This document shows positions 29,540 to 38,711 of a DNA stretch of 64,000 bases, in pieces. Position 1 is the stretch's first letter, and every line of letters begins with the position of its first letter. The position numbers and the translations under genes were made by a program. The DNA is taken from the IMG/VR virus record IMGVR_UViG_3300049571_000258, positions 6,186 through 70,185 of that record; one strand, written 5' to 3'. Source of the stretch: a virus. Its lineage: Duplodnaviria > Heunggongvirae > Uroviricota > Caudoviricetes. Below the pieces are notes generated by a model. It searched no databases and was not told the DNA's origin. It saw nothing but the letters and a program-made list of their open reading frames with translations.

Positions 29540-30151
29540 GTGGCGTTCCCCAACGCGTCGGCCCTAGACAACTTCAACCGCTCCAACGCCAATCCCATCG
29601 GCGGCAACTGGGCGACCATGGGGGGCCGCAACGCGCTCCAGATCTCCAGCAATCTCGCGGCGCCGACATCGGGGGCGTCTGGGGCCTACTACACCGGCAC
29701 CCTGCCGGGCCTCTACGACGAGGTGTTCGCGACGCTCCAGGGGCATACCACCAACGGCGGCCTCGTGCTCTACTGCCGCGCGAAGAACATGCACCTCTCG
29801 ACGCGGACCGCCTACGCGGTCTCCGTGTCGGCCCTCACGAACGATCGCCTCTCCCTCCACGCGACGACCCTTGTGCGATATGTCGCCGGTGTTTCGACAA
29901 CGCTCGCCACACTCAGCGGCGACTCGGGCGCGAGCGGGTACAAGTACGGCGTCCAGGCGGTCGGGTCCGATGTCTCGGTCTGGCGCGATTCGGGGAGCGG
30001 GTGGACACAGATTCTCTCGGCCTCCGACTCCACGATCGTGTCGGGTGGGCAGATCGGCCTCGAAGTCACCACGTGGCAGGCCGACGACTTCGGCGGCGAC
30101 GCTGTGCCGCCCCCTCCACCTGCGGCGAGCTACTGGGGTTGGCTCGCCTGA
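29540..30151 (+). CDS. Lectin-like minor tail protein
   Basis: 'LDNFNRSNANPIGGNW...DSTIVSGGQIGL...DDFGG'. Confidence 0.6.
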   Translation: MAFPNASALDNFNRSNANPIGGNWATMGGRNALQISSNLAAPTSGASGAYYTGTLPGLYDEVFATLQGHTTNGGLVLYCRAKNMHLSTRTAYAVSVSALTNDRLSLHATTLVRYVAGVSTTLATLSGDSGASGYKYGVQAVGSDVSVWRDSGSGWTQILSASDSTIVSGGQIGLEVTTWQADDFGGDAVPPPPPAASYWGWLA

Positions 30152-30185
30152 CGTTGCGCACATTCTGTGCTTCATACTCCTGCAC

Positions 30186-30698
30186 ATGGCTTCGGACTTC
30201 CTGCCACCCGATGACCCGCCGGTCAACGCCGACGCCACCCTAGCGGCGCTCGACGACCTGGACCTCCTCGATGCCGACGAACTGATCGCTACGGAGGTCG
30301 CGCCCGATCCGGTCGGGCGCTCGTGGGTGTTCGACTTCCAGGCGAAGGTCTTCCAGCTGGGCAACGGCCGCGGCCCCCTGGAGACGCGCGGCCAGGACAC
30401 CCTGAACGCCTGGATCGAGAAGACGCTGCGCACAGCGAAGGGTGCGCACCCGATCTACCCCTCCGACTACGGGATGTCGGGGCCGCAGGACTTCTACGGG
30501 CGCACGTTGACGTCGGCCGACTACGCGGTCCTGGAGGCACGCATCCGCGAGGCTCTGACCTTCCACCCACGCATCACGGACATCGACGAGTTCACCGCCG
30601 CGCAGGACCCCAGCGATGACGTGCTGTTCGTGAGCTTCACCGTGATTCTCGACGACGGCGAGCAGGCGGTCGTCTCCGACCTCGCCCTGGAGGCCTGA
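30186..30698 (+). CDS. gp25/XkdS-like baseplate wedge / sheath initiator
   Basis: 'WIEKTLRTAKGAHPIYPSDYG...IREALTFHPRITDI'. Confidence 0.8.
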   Translation: MASDFLPPDDPPVNADATLAALDDLDLLDADELIATEVAPDPVGRSWVFDFQAKVFQLGNGRGPLETRGQDTLNAWIEKTLRTAKGAHPIYPSDYGMSGPQDFYGRTLTSADYAVLEARIREALTFHPRITDIDEFTAAQDPSDDVLFVSFTVILDDGEQAVVSDLALEA

Positions 30699-32071
30699 TG
30701 GCGGACTTCATCGACTTCCTCCCCCTGTCCAACGAGTCCATTGACTCGATCCGCGCGCGCATCGACGCGGACATCAACGCGGGACTGGTGCCGACGGATC
30801 CGACCTACCTCGACCTGACCGAGGGTGGCTTTGCGTGGGACCTCACGCAGGCACCGGCGCTGGAGATCGAGCGACTGTGGGACTTCCTGGCCTCCGAGGT
30901 GCCCGCGGCGGCGTTCGTCACGTTCGCCTGGGGCGACTACCTCGACCTGCACGGCGAGGTGCTGAATGTCGAGCGCAAGGACGCCGCGCAAGCGACCGGC
31001 ACGGTCACGTTCACCGGCGAGGACGACACCGCCGTCCCGACCGGCACGCAGGTCGCCGTCCCACAGGCCACGCCCGACTCCGACCCGATCATCTTCGAGA
31101 CCATCGAGTCGGGCACGATCACCGACGGCACCGTTGACCTGACCGTGCGCGCGATCGAGGCCGGGACGACGGGCAACGTTGCGGCGTCGGCCATCTCGCT
31201 GCTCATGACCCCCATCGACGACGTCGAGTCGGTCACCAACGCGGACGCGACGCGCGGAGGCTTCGACGTGGAGGACGACGATTCCTACCGCAGCCGCCTG
31301 CTCCTGGAGTACAGCGCGGCGCAGGGGTCGGGCACGATCGCCGACTACAAGCGCTACTGCCTGTCGAACTCGGGCGTCGGCTTCGTGACGGTCGAGCCGA
31401 ACACGAAGTGGGACGGCTCGGACTCCGGTGGCTATGTGCGCGTGACGATCACCGACCCCAACAACGACCCGGTCACCGAGACGGTACTCCAGGAGGTCCA
31501 GGATCTCCTCGACCCGCCGGAGCACAAGACGACAGCGTCGGTGGCCTTCAACGTCGCGTCCGATGCGACGCTGACCGTCGAGTCGACGGCGGGCTTCGCC
31601 TCTTCCGGGACGCTGCGCTGGCGCGACCAGGAGATCGACTACACCGGCGTGACGGCGACGACCTTCACCGGCTGCTCATCGTCGGGCAGTGGCACGGTCG
31701 CGGTCGGGGATCGCATCTGGCAGGGAGGCGCCTCCGGCAACGGCCTGGCGCCGATCGGCCACAACGTCTACGTCCAGACGGTCTCGGTCGTCACGATCGA
31801 CGTCGATGCCACCGTCACCTACGAGACGGGCTACTCGGCAGACGGCACCGGCGGCACCGCGGCGCTCCAGTCGCTCATCGAGTCCGCGATCCGCTCCTAC
31901 GTCGACACGCTCGACCCGGGCGAGGACGTCGTGCTCGCGCGCGTGGAGGCGCAGTTCTTCCGTGTGCTGGGCGTCTACGACGTCTCCGGCGTCCAGCTGA
32001 ACAGCACGTCGGCGAACGTCACGATCGGCGCCAACCAGGTCGCACAGACAGGTACGGTCACCCTCTCCTAG
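30698..32071 (+). CDS. Baseplate J-like protein (XkdT)
   Basis: 'WGDYLDLHG...RKDA..ATG.VTF', 'GTTGNVAA..I', 'GG.DVEDDDSYRSR', 'GTIADYK'. Confidence 0.92.
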   Translation: MADFIDFLPLSNESIDSIRARIDADINAGLVPTDPTYLDLTEGGFAWDLTQAPALEIERLWDFLASEVPAAAFVTFAWGDYLDLHGEVLNVERKDAAQATGTVTFTGEDDTAVPTGTQVAVPQATPDSDPIIFETIESGTITDGTVDLTVRAIEAGTTGNVAASAISLLMTPIDDVESVTNADATRGGFDVEDDDSYRSRLLLEYSAAQGSGTIADYKRYCLSNSGVGFVTVEPNTKWDGSDSGGYVRVTITDPNNDPVTETVLQEVQDLLDPPEHKTTASVAFNVASDATLTVESTAGFASSGTLRWRDQEIDYTGVTATTFTGCSSSGSGTVAVGDRIWQGGASGNGLAPIGHNVYVQTVSVVTIDVDATVTYETGYSADGTGGTAALQSLIESAIRSYVDTLDPGEDVVLARVEAQFFRVLGVYDVSGVQLNSTSANVTIGANQVAQTGTVTLS

Positions 32072-32088
32072 CGCCGTACCCTGTGCCA

Positions 32089-32616
32089 GTGGCTCGCACG
32101 CTGACCCAGACCGCGCAGAGGATGTTGGACTTCATGCCCCCGTACTACGCGGAGGACGAGTCTGTGCACGCGGTGATGATCGGCCTGGGCAACGAGCTAG
32201 ACCGGGTGCAGGCGGCTGGCGAGGCGGTCCGCAACGCGGCCTTCCCCCAGATGGCCGACGACACGCACGGACTGCTGCGCATGTGGGAGCGCCTGGTGGG
32301 CCTACCGGAGGCCCCCACCGGGATCTCGGTCGCGGCGCGCCAGCAGAAGGTGGTCGCGTCCCTGCGCATGCGCAAGACGGGCGCGGGCAAGGACTGGGTC
32401 GCGTTGATGTCGGCGGCGCTGGGCACGGACCTGTGGACCTACGACGAGTCGGACCCGTACGAGATCCACGTCTTCATCCCGTTCGCTTCCGGTACCTACT
32501 CCGCCACACAGGTCGCCCAGATCGCGCGCGCGATCACCCCGGCGGCCTGGAAGGTCATCGTCAACTACGAGCCGAACTTCATCGTCGGCGTCAACGAGGT
32601 CGGGGACGAACTGTAG
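32089..32616 (+). CDS. Baseplate gpI/XkdU-like protein
   Basis: 'LDFMPPYY...LRMWERLVGL...RQQKV...ITPA'. Confidence 0.75.
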   Translation: MARTLTQTAQRMLDFMPPYYAEDESVHAVMIGLGNELDRVQAAGEAVRNAAFPQMADDTHGLLRMWERLVGLPEAPTGISVAARQQKVVASLRMRKTGAGKDWVALMSAALGTDLWTYDESDPYEIHVFIPFASGTYSATQVAQIARAITPAAWKVIVNYEPNFIVGVNEVGDEL

Positions 32617-33438
32617 ATGTCCAAGCATCGCGACTTCTCCACGGGCGACATCTTCCCGGCGGGCTTCCTGGACGCGCTGAACGAGTTCCTGGGCGCACAG
32701 GCAACGCCGAACCTGATCTTGGACCGGCCGTCCACGACCTCGATGCGCATCGCCGCCGGATCCGGCGACGACCTGCGTGCCGTCGCGATCGACGGCGCAT
32801 GGCGCTACGTCACCTCCAACGTGACGGCGTCGGCGCCCGCCAACTCGGCGGGCACGTTCCCGATCTACGTCACGACGAAGGCCAACAACTCCTCGCAGGA
32901 GGACGCCGGGACCTTCGACTACTCCTTCGGCCTGAAGCTCTCCACGACGCCGTCCGGCTCCGGCTCGGAGGCGCTGTACCGCCAGATCGGCACCTACGAC
33001 TGGGACGGCTCGGCGATCACCGGCTGGACGCAGACCGTCGGCCCCGGCCCTCGCCGCTGGCACGAGGTGCACACGTGGGCGATCCCTGGGCCGCTCAACG
33101 TCGTCTCGGGTCACAGCGACTACATCCCCCCGTTCTACCTCTCGCTGCGCAGCGGCCAGGTCGCTCGGCTCGTTGGTGCCTACGCCGAGATCGAGACGGG
33201 CACGTCGGTGAACCTGAAGCTGCGCCGCAAGCCGTGGGGTAGCTCGGAGGCCGACGTCACGGGCATGACCGCGATGTCGATTACGACCACCCCCTCCGAG
33301 ACCTTGTTGACGACGCCGCTGGGCCTCGCGCACAAGGATCGCTTCCGCCTCGTCGTCAACTCGTCGCCCGGCCCGTCAGGCAGCCCACAGAACCTGACGT
33401 TCTCGGTGGTCGTCGAGCACACCGCGATCCAGGCGTAG
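32617..33438 (+). CDS. Tail fibre protein
   Basis: Position after gpI; 'GDIFPAGFLDALNE' attachment-like N-terminus. Confidence 0.65.
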   Translation: MSKHRDFSTGDIFPAGFLDALNEFLGAQATPNLILDRPSTTSMRIAAGSGDDLRAVAIDGAWRYVTSNVTASAPANSAGTFPIYVTTKANNSSQEDAGTFDYSFGLKLSTTPSGSGSEALYRQIGTYDWDGSAITGWTQTVGPGPRRWHEVHTWAIPGPLNVVSGHSDYIPPFYLSLRSGQVARLVGAYAEIETGTSVNLKLRRKPWGSSEADVTGMTAMSITTTPSETLLTTPLGLAHKDRFRLVVNSSPGPSGSPQNLTFSVVVEHTAIQA

Positions 33439-33442
33439 TCCA

Positions 33443-34198
33443 ATGGCTTCTGGGACGATCTCCCCGTCGTACGACATCTACAACTCGTGGGCGCTGCACT
33501 ACTGTAGCTCGTTCACGGGCGCCATCGTTGGCGAGATCCCCGGTGTCTCGTACGCCTGGCACGATCAGGCCGGGCCGGACGCGCAGGTCTACTTCAACCC
33601 ACCCACCCCTCCCGCGGGCGAGGGGTACTCGCATTTCGACCTCTACATCGGCGGCAACAGCAGCCAGATCCTCGGCTACCTGCTGGACTCCAGCGGTCGC
33701 GCGCTCTCCGGCGTTGGCGCCTCGGTGTCTACGGTCGGGTGGAGTCCCCCCCGTGTCCTAAGTCGTGCGGAGTGGGAAGCGTACGGGATGCGGGGTCGGT
33801 GCTACCGGCCGAGCGGCAGTGGCATCGTGATTATCGGCGGTGGTGGCTTCGTACTGACGTGGTACACCTCCGCCTTCCCTGACGGGACGGCCGCCACCGA
33901 CGCCGCAACGGACGTCCTTCGGCGCTCGGTGACGCTCAACGGCACGATCAACTCGGGCGGCTATCCCTGCACCTACTGGTTCGAGTGGGGCCTGACGACG
34001 AGCTACGGCAACACGACGTCAGTGAGCAGTCAGCCGGGTGGTTTCAACAGCACGGCCGCACAGGGTCTCTCGGGCCTGACCCCGAACACGACCTACCACT
34101 ACCGCGCCGCGCTCAACATCACGTCCTCGGGCGAGACGTTCTACGGCTCCGACGTCAGCTTCAAGACGTTGACGGCTGGCCTGGGGATGGTCGTCTGA
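33443..34198 (+). CDS. Minor tail protein with C-terminal FN3 domain
   Basis: 'VTLNGTINSGG..TYWFEWGLTTSYGN...LSGLTPNTTYHYR...GSDVSFKT'. Confidence 0.7.
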   Translation: MASGTISPSYDIYNSWALHYCSSFTGAIVGEIPGVSYAWHDQAGPDAQVYFNPPTPPAGEGYSHFDLYIGGNSSQILGYLLDSSGRALSGVGASVSTVGWSPPRVLSRAEWEAYGMRGRCYRPSGSGIVIIGGGGFVLTWYTSAFPDGTAATDAATDVLRRSVTLNGTINSGGYPCTYWFEWGLTTSYGNTTSVSSQPGGFNSTAAQGLSGLTPNTTYHYRAALNITSSGETFYGSDVSFKTLTAGLGMVV

Positions 34199-34240
34199 TC
34201 GAGATGTGAGGCGGGCCTTGTGCGGGCGTAGCCTTCGCGC

Positions 34241-34912
34241 ATGGCCTCTCGCATCGTGAATGGCCGCCTCCCTTCGAGCATGCTGACGCGGGTGCCGTCG
34301 CGCTCGGGGGTGGCCTATCTGCGCAAGGACGCAGCCGTCCACTTCCTCGCCGCCAACGTGCGCGCACGCTCGCGCGGACAGGGGTCAATCCTCCTCAATG
34401 GTCCGATCTCCGGCTACCGCAGCTACTCCGGTCAGGTGCAGATGCGCGTCTACTGGTGCGGTCAGGGCAAGTGCGGCAACGCCGCCGTTCCGGGTACCTC
34501 GAACCACGGCTGGGGGATCGCCGCGGACTCCGACGACGCGTGGAAGCTCGACGACGGCGGCCCGTTCGACAAGCGCTACAGCGACGCGCCGTGGGAGTCC
34601 TGGCACCGGCGCGACGGCCACGTCTCGCAGACCGAGTACGTCCCTCCCGCTACTGCACCTACACGCAAGACGCTGAAGTCTGGCGACGTGCACTCGGACG
34701 TCAGGTACCTGAAGAAGCTGCTGCGTGACCGCGGCGTGAAGAACGCGGGCAAACACCCGCACAAGGTCTTCCCGCCGGTCGACAACGGCAAGAGGTATGG
34801 CGGCAACGCTGTGCGCCGGGTCCGCTGGTTCCAGCAGGCGATGGGCATGAAGGTCGACGGCATCGTCGGCGAAAAGACCTGGGCTGCGCTGAAGCGCAAG
34901 GCTAAGCACTAA
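34241..34912 (+). CDS. Endolysin: M15 (VanY-like) peptidase plus peptidoglycan-binding domain
   Basis: 'SGYRSYSGQ...AAVPGTSNHGWGIAAD...ESWH'; C-terminal 'FQQAMGMKVDGIVGEKTW'. Confidence 0.88.
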   Translation: MASRIVNGRLPSSMLTRVPSRSGVAYLRKDAAVHFLAANVRARSRGQGSILLNGPISGYRSYSGQVQMRVYWCGQGKCGNAAVPGTSNHGWGIAADSDDAWKLDDGGPFDKRYSDAPWESWHRRDGHVSQTEYVPPATAPTRKTLKSGDVHSDVRYLKKLLRDRGVKNAGKHPHKVFPPVDNGKRYGGNAVRRVRWFQQAMGMKVDGIVGEKTWAALKRKAKH

Positions 34913-34927
34913 CCCCCGGAGGTAAAG

Positions 34928-35257
34928 ATGGACATGGATCAGCTGGACGACGTCGTGCGCTCGAACATCGGGCGCATCGTGGCGTTCGTCCTCACCCCGC
35001 TGCTGTTGCCGCTCGTGGCGGTCGGCACGGCATGGCTCCAGCGCGTCATCGGCGTGGGCCTCGACCCGGCCGAGGTGGTCGGCGTTGTCGTCGCGACGAC
35101 CACGGGCGTCGCGGCCGTCGCGTACAAGTGGCTGCACAACCGCGGCGAGTTCGAGCGCCTGGTGCTGGAGGTCCACAAGCTGTACGACGCGGGCAAGGAA
35201 CTCGCTCCCGGCGACCCCGTCGGTGAGGACCCCGTCGTGCCCCCGGGTCTGAAGTAG
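34928..35257 (+). CDS. Holin
   Basis: Two hydrophobic helices; lies between two lysins. Confidence 0.7.
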   Translation: MDMDQLDDVVRSNIGRIVAFVLTPLLLPLVAVGTAWLQRVIGVGLDPAEVVGVVVATTTGVAAVAYKWLHNRGEFERLVLEVHKLYDAGKELAPGDPVGEDPVVPPGLK

Positions 35258-35260
35258 GCC

Positions 35261-36001
35261 ATGCTGCCGGGGACGCCCCCCAGCGTCGCCGAGGCGAACG
35301 CACCCCTGCGCGAAGGCTCGGCCGGGTGGCCGGTCTTCGCGCTCCAGGGCGCGCTCGGCTGCGCGGGGATCCACATCGCGAAGGACGGTGGCTTCGGGCC
35401 GAAGACGAAGAAGGCCGTCGAGAAGTTCCAGCGCGGCGAGAAGATCGCTGTCGACGGCGTCGTGGGGCCGATGACGCAGCGCCACCTGGTGTCCTACGTG
35501 TGTCGCCTCATCGAGCACGAGGTGCCCGACCTGCCGAGCGGCCTGGCGGCGGCGATGGCCGCGGGCGAGGGCGGGAACATGCTCGCCGCGGTGAACTGGT
35601 CGGTGCCTGGCGGCGTCGACTGCGGCCTGTTCCAGCTGCGCGTCTACACCCCCTACGGCGAGGATGCGATGCGCCTGGCGTTCTCCCCGCTGCGCGCCGG
35701 AGCGAAGGCGATGAAGGACTTCGGGGCGCGTCGCGCGTCGTTCCTGAAGCGCCCATGGGTGAACGGGAACGTCGCCCGCGCTGGGCGCTGCGCGCTGCTG
35801 GCCCACAACTGGCCAGCGGGCGCGGACGCCTACTCACGCTACGGGCATGTGTCGTGCACGACGTGTCTGGCGTCGTGGGTGCCAGTCGGGGTGAAGTTCC
35901 CCGACGGCCACCCGGTGCGCACGCAGGAGGAGTGGGCGCAGTTCTACGCGATGAGCGGACCCCACGGCTCCGGCCCGATCGCCAGCGCCGTGAAGTGGTA
36001 G
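35261..36001 (+). CDS. Second lysin: PG-binding domain plus lysozyme/SLT-like domain
   Basis: 'DGGFGPKTKKAVEKFQ...DGVVGPMT'; 'AAMAAGEGG...DCGLFQL...AHNWPAG'. Confidence 0.75.
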   Translation: MLPGTPPSVAEANAPLREGSAGWPVFALQGALGCAGIHIAKDGGFGPKTKKAVEKFQRGEKIAVDGVVGPMTQRHLVSYVCRLIEHEVPDLPSGLAAAMAAGEGGNMLAAVNWSVPGGVDCGLFQLRVYTPYGEDAMRLAFSPLRAGAKAMKDFGARRASFLKRPWVNGNVARAGRCALLAHNWPAGADAYSRYGHVSCTTCLASWVPVGVKFPDGHPVRTQEEWAQFYAMSGPHGSGPIASAVKW

Positions 36002-36260
36002 CCTGACCCTGCTTATCAGGCAGCCGCAGCGGCCCCCGGTGGGACACACATCCTGCCGGGGGGCCTCTCTTCTGATGGTGCTTCCGTCCGAGGCACCCGT
36101 ATCCTGCGTCTTGCACACACCGTCTGTCGCGTCGCGCTTGATCTCTGGTCGGACTTGCGCAACACGGCGCACAGGCTCCGCCGTCGCCCGCACTCCAGCG
36201 GCGGCTCACGGCTCCGGCCTGGCCCCTGTTTCTACCTCCGGGGGTCGGGCCGGACTCGTT

Positions 36261-36488
36261 CTAGTAGCCGACGGCTCGTAGGATCAGCTTCGCGATGGCG
36301 TTCATCGCGAGGCAGCCAGCGGCGATGATGGCGGCGATCACTACGACCGGCCACGCGATGCCGAGCGTGATCCCCGCGAACCCGCCCGCGAAGCCCGACT
36401 CCTCGGGCATCGCGATCTTGTGGCCGATCGTCCCGGCGATGGCGGCGGGCAGGATGCCGACGAGCCAGACGATGGTGATCGCGCTCAC
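36261..36488 (-). CDS. Small membrane protein
   Basis: Highly hydrophobic 75 aa. Confidence 0.6.
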   Translation of the reverse strand: MSAITIVWLVGILPAAIAGTIGHKIAMPEESGFAGGFAGITLGIAWPVVVIAAIIAAGCLAMNAIAKLILRAVGY

Positions 36489-36949
36489 GACGAGGCCTCC
36501 GCGGCGGCGTCCATGTGGCGCGTGTCCTCCAGGCGGCGCTCCAGGATCTTGCGCAGGGCGATCCGGTAGCGCCTGGCCATGGAGTCCTGCGCCTTCAGAC
36601 AGCGCGAGAGGTTGTGGACGAGATCGGCCTCCTTCACCGCTCGCGCCGCGACACCCGCCATCCCTCCTGCCGTCGCGATGCGGTCGACGTACTCGGCGTA
36701 GGTGTCGCCCGCCGTCCGCGTGAGCAGGTCGAGCGCCCGGACCTCCCAGTCGCTCAGGAATGGGAGTACGTTCACGACGTCCGACAGCGAGAGGTCGGAG
36801 TCCTCGACGACGTCGTGCAGGTAGGCGACGCGCTCGAACGGTTCGGCCACAGAGTCCGCGACGACGCGTACGTGGTCGAAGTAGGGCGCGCCGTTGCGGT
36901 CGGTCTGGCCCGCGTGGGTAGACATGGCGAGAGAGACGACGCGCGCCAT
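36485..36949 (-). CDS. HD-domain hydrolase (RelA/SpoT-HD, Mesh1-like)
   Basis: 'HAGQ.DRNGAPYFDH...AYLHDVVEDS...VKEADLVHN'. Confidence 0.85.
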   Translation of the reverse strand: MARVVSLAMSTHAGQTDRNGAPYFDHVRVVADSVAEPFERVAYLHDVVEDSDLSLSDVVNVLPFLSDWEVRALDLLTRTAGDTYAEYVDRIATAGGMAGVAARAVKEADLVHNLSRCLKAQDSMARRYRIALRKILERRLEDTRHMDAAAEASS

Positions 36950-36972
36950 CTCGTCTCGCCGTGTCGTGTCGG

Positions 36973-37248
36973 TCAGAATGGGAAGTCCTCCGGGTCGGGG
37001 GTGTGGCGCGGGACGAAGTCGGCCGGGTCGACTACGTAGTCCGGCGGCACGTTCGGGTCGAACGTGTCCGCGTCCGCGTCGCGGTCGTCGTTCCAGCGCG
37101 CGTTGCGCGCCTCCTCGCGCTCGACGACCTCGGGGTCGTCGTCCTCATGCCAGCCGCGACCGAGGTCAGCCTCGTGCTCGGGGCGGAGGTCGCGCCAGGT
37201 GTCGAAACCGGGCCGGTCCTCGATGGGGTCGTAGGGCAGTCGGGTCAT
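36973..37248 (-). CDS. Acidic hypothetical protein
   Basis: Asp/Glu-rich 91 aa; ATGA-coupled to the upstream gene. Confidence 0.6.
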   Translation of the reverse strand: MTRLPYDPIEDRPGFDTWRDLRPEHEADLGRGWHEDDDPEVVEREEARNARWNDDRDADADTFDPNVPPDYVVDPADFVPRHTPDPEDFPF

Positions 37249-37619
37249 GACCGGGCCTCCTTCTCGTCGAGCAGTTGCTTCGCGACGGATCGGAACGCCT
37301 CGGTGGAGGCCAGCGCCGGGTTCTGCTTGGCCTTCCTGTTGGCGTCCGCGATCGTGAGGTCTAGCGCCTCGTCGCTGAGGTTCTGGGGGTACGGCTTCTC
37401 GACCTCCAGGCCCACCTTGCCGTAGAGCACGTCGCCACCTGCGGCACGGACGGCGTCGACGAGGGCGGCGCGATCCTCTGCATAGCGGTCGGCAACCCAC
37501 GCGTCCCCCGGGTTGTCGCGGTCGTTCAGCGCGTCGATGCGGATCGTCAGCGCGTCGAAGACGCGCTGCGCGGCCTTCTGATCGAGCGTGAGCGTCACCT
37601 TGGTCTCGGTCTGGTTCAT
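37245..37619 (-). CDS. Hypothetical protein (leaderless)
   Basis: ATG 7 nt downstream of a consensus -10. Confidence 0.7.
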   Translation of the reverse strand: MNQTETKVTLTLDQKAAQRVFDALTIRIDALNDRDNPGDAWVADRYAEDRAALVDAVRAAGGDVLYGKVGLEVEKPYPQNLSDEALDLTIADANRKAKQNPALASTEAFRSVAKQLLDEKEARS

Positions 37620-37626
37620 GCCTGAA

Positions 37627-37655
37627 ACTATAGCTAACGTCGTGTGCTATGTCAA
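37627..37655 (-). promoter_or_regulatory. Promoter TTGACA-17-TATAGT with an operator in the spacer
   Basis: Reverse complement reads TTGACA tagcacacgacgttagc TATAGT. Confidence 0.85.
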
Positions 37656-37713
37656 GGCCGGTCTGTCCGGCGTGAGCGGGATCCTAGCGCGTCAATCCGA
37701 CCAGGGAGACCGC

Positions 37714-38562
37714 ATGGCACACTCCACAGCGCTCGCACAGCCCGCGCGCGCGCAGTTCACCAAGGAGCAGGTGCAGATGCTCCGCCGCACCGTGGCGAAG
37801 GACTGCAACGACGACGAGTTCGTGTACTTCCTCGAAGTCGCGGCGATGTACGACCTGAATCCGCTCGTGCACGAGGTCTACGCGGCCAAGCAGGCGGGCA
37901 ACAACGGCTCCGGCGGCCGGGTGATGATCCTCATCGGCCGCAACGGGTGGCTGAAGATGGCCCGCCGCTACCCCGACTTCAAGGGCATCGACGGCGACAT
38001 CGTGCGCGAGAACGACATCTTCCGCGTGAAGCGCACGCCGGAGGGCCGCGAGATCATCCACGAGTACGAGGGGTCGATCGAGAAGCGTGGGGCGATCGTC
38101 GGCGCATGGGCCGAGGTGCTGCGCGAGGGCCAGAAGCCCTACTACTTCTTCGCGCCCATGTCCGAGTACCGCCCGAAGTCCGAGGGCAAGCTGAAGTTCT
38201 CACCGTGGGGGTCGCAGGAGTCGGTGATGATCCAGAAGTGCGCCTACGTCGGCGCGCTGCGCATCGCCTTCAACATCTCCGGCGTCTACGACGAGGCGGA
38301 GTTGGCCAACACGAGCGTCGGCGCCGACGCGCCCGCCGAGGTCGAGGTCGAGTGGGGCGAGAACGCCGAGGAGTTGCAGGCGCTCGTCGCGCAGGCCAAC
38401 GCGCTACGGCCGGGCACCTACCGCAACGCGAAGCTGGCGATGCTGCTGAACGGCAAGTCGGCCGAGCAGCGCGACGATGTCATCGCACAGATCCGGCGCT
38501 TCGTTGCCGAGAACACCCCGTCCACCGAGCCGGAGCCGCCCGAGGCCGAGGTGGTCGAGTAG
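37714..38562 (+). CDS. bet: Bet/RecT-family single-strand annealing protein
   Basis: 'FTKEQVQML...EF.YFL..A..YDLNPL..EVY...IGRNGW.KMA...GAWAEV...W...MI.KCA..ALR.AF'. Confidence 0.9.
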   Translation: MAHSTALAQPARAQFTKEQVQMLRRTVAKDCNDDEFVYFLEVAAMYDLNPLVHEVYAAKQAGNNGSGGRVMILIGRNGWLKMARRYPDFKGIDGDIVRENDIFRVKRTPEGREIIHEYEGSIEKRGAIVGAWAEVLREGQKPYYFFAPMSEYRPKSEGKLKFSPWGSQESVMIQKCAYVGALRIAFNISGVYDEAELANTSVGADAPAEVEVEWGENAEELQALVAQANALRPGTYRNAKLAMLLNGKSAEQRDDVIAQIRRFVAENTPSTEPEPPEAEVVE

Positions 38563-38626
38563 CGCACGCCGTGTGCTACTATCACGGCGCGCCGATATAG
38601 AGCGCGCATCGTAGTACCTCTCCTCC

Positions 38627-38659
38627 GGCCCGGCCCGCGCCCTACACGCGGGCCGGGCC
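38627..38659 (+). terminator. Intrinsic terminator hairpin
   Basis: ggcccggcccgcg-ccctaca-cgcgggccgggcc then tcttt. Confidence 0.75.
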
Positions 38660-38711
38660 TCTTTCTGTCCGAGCGCGGCGCGAGGATAGAAGCCCGTCCG
38701 AGAGGTAGCGT

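Noticed and set aside
36001-36260. Intergenic region between convergent lysis and HD operons as an ncRNA or hidden gene
   Set aside because: Hairpins fit a bidirectional terminator; no ORF with a convincing start and codon usage.
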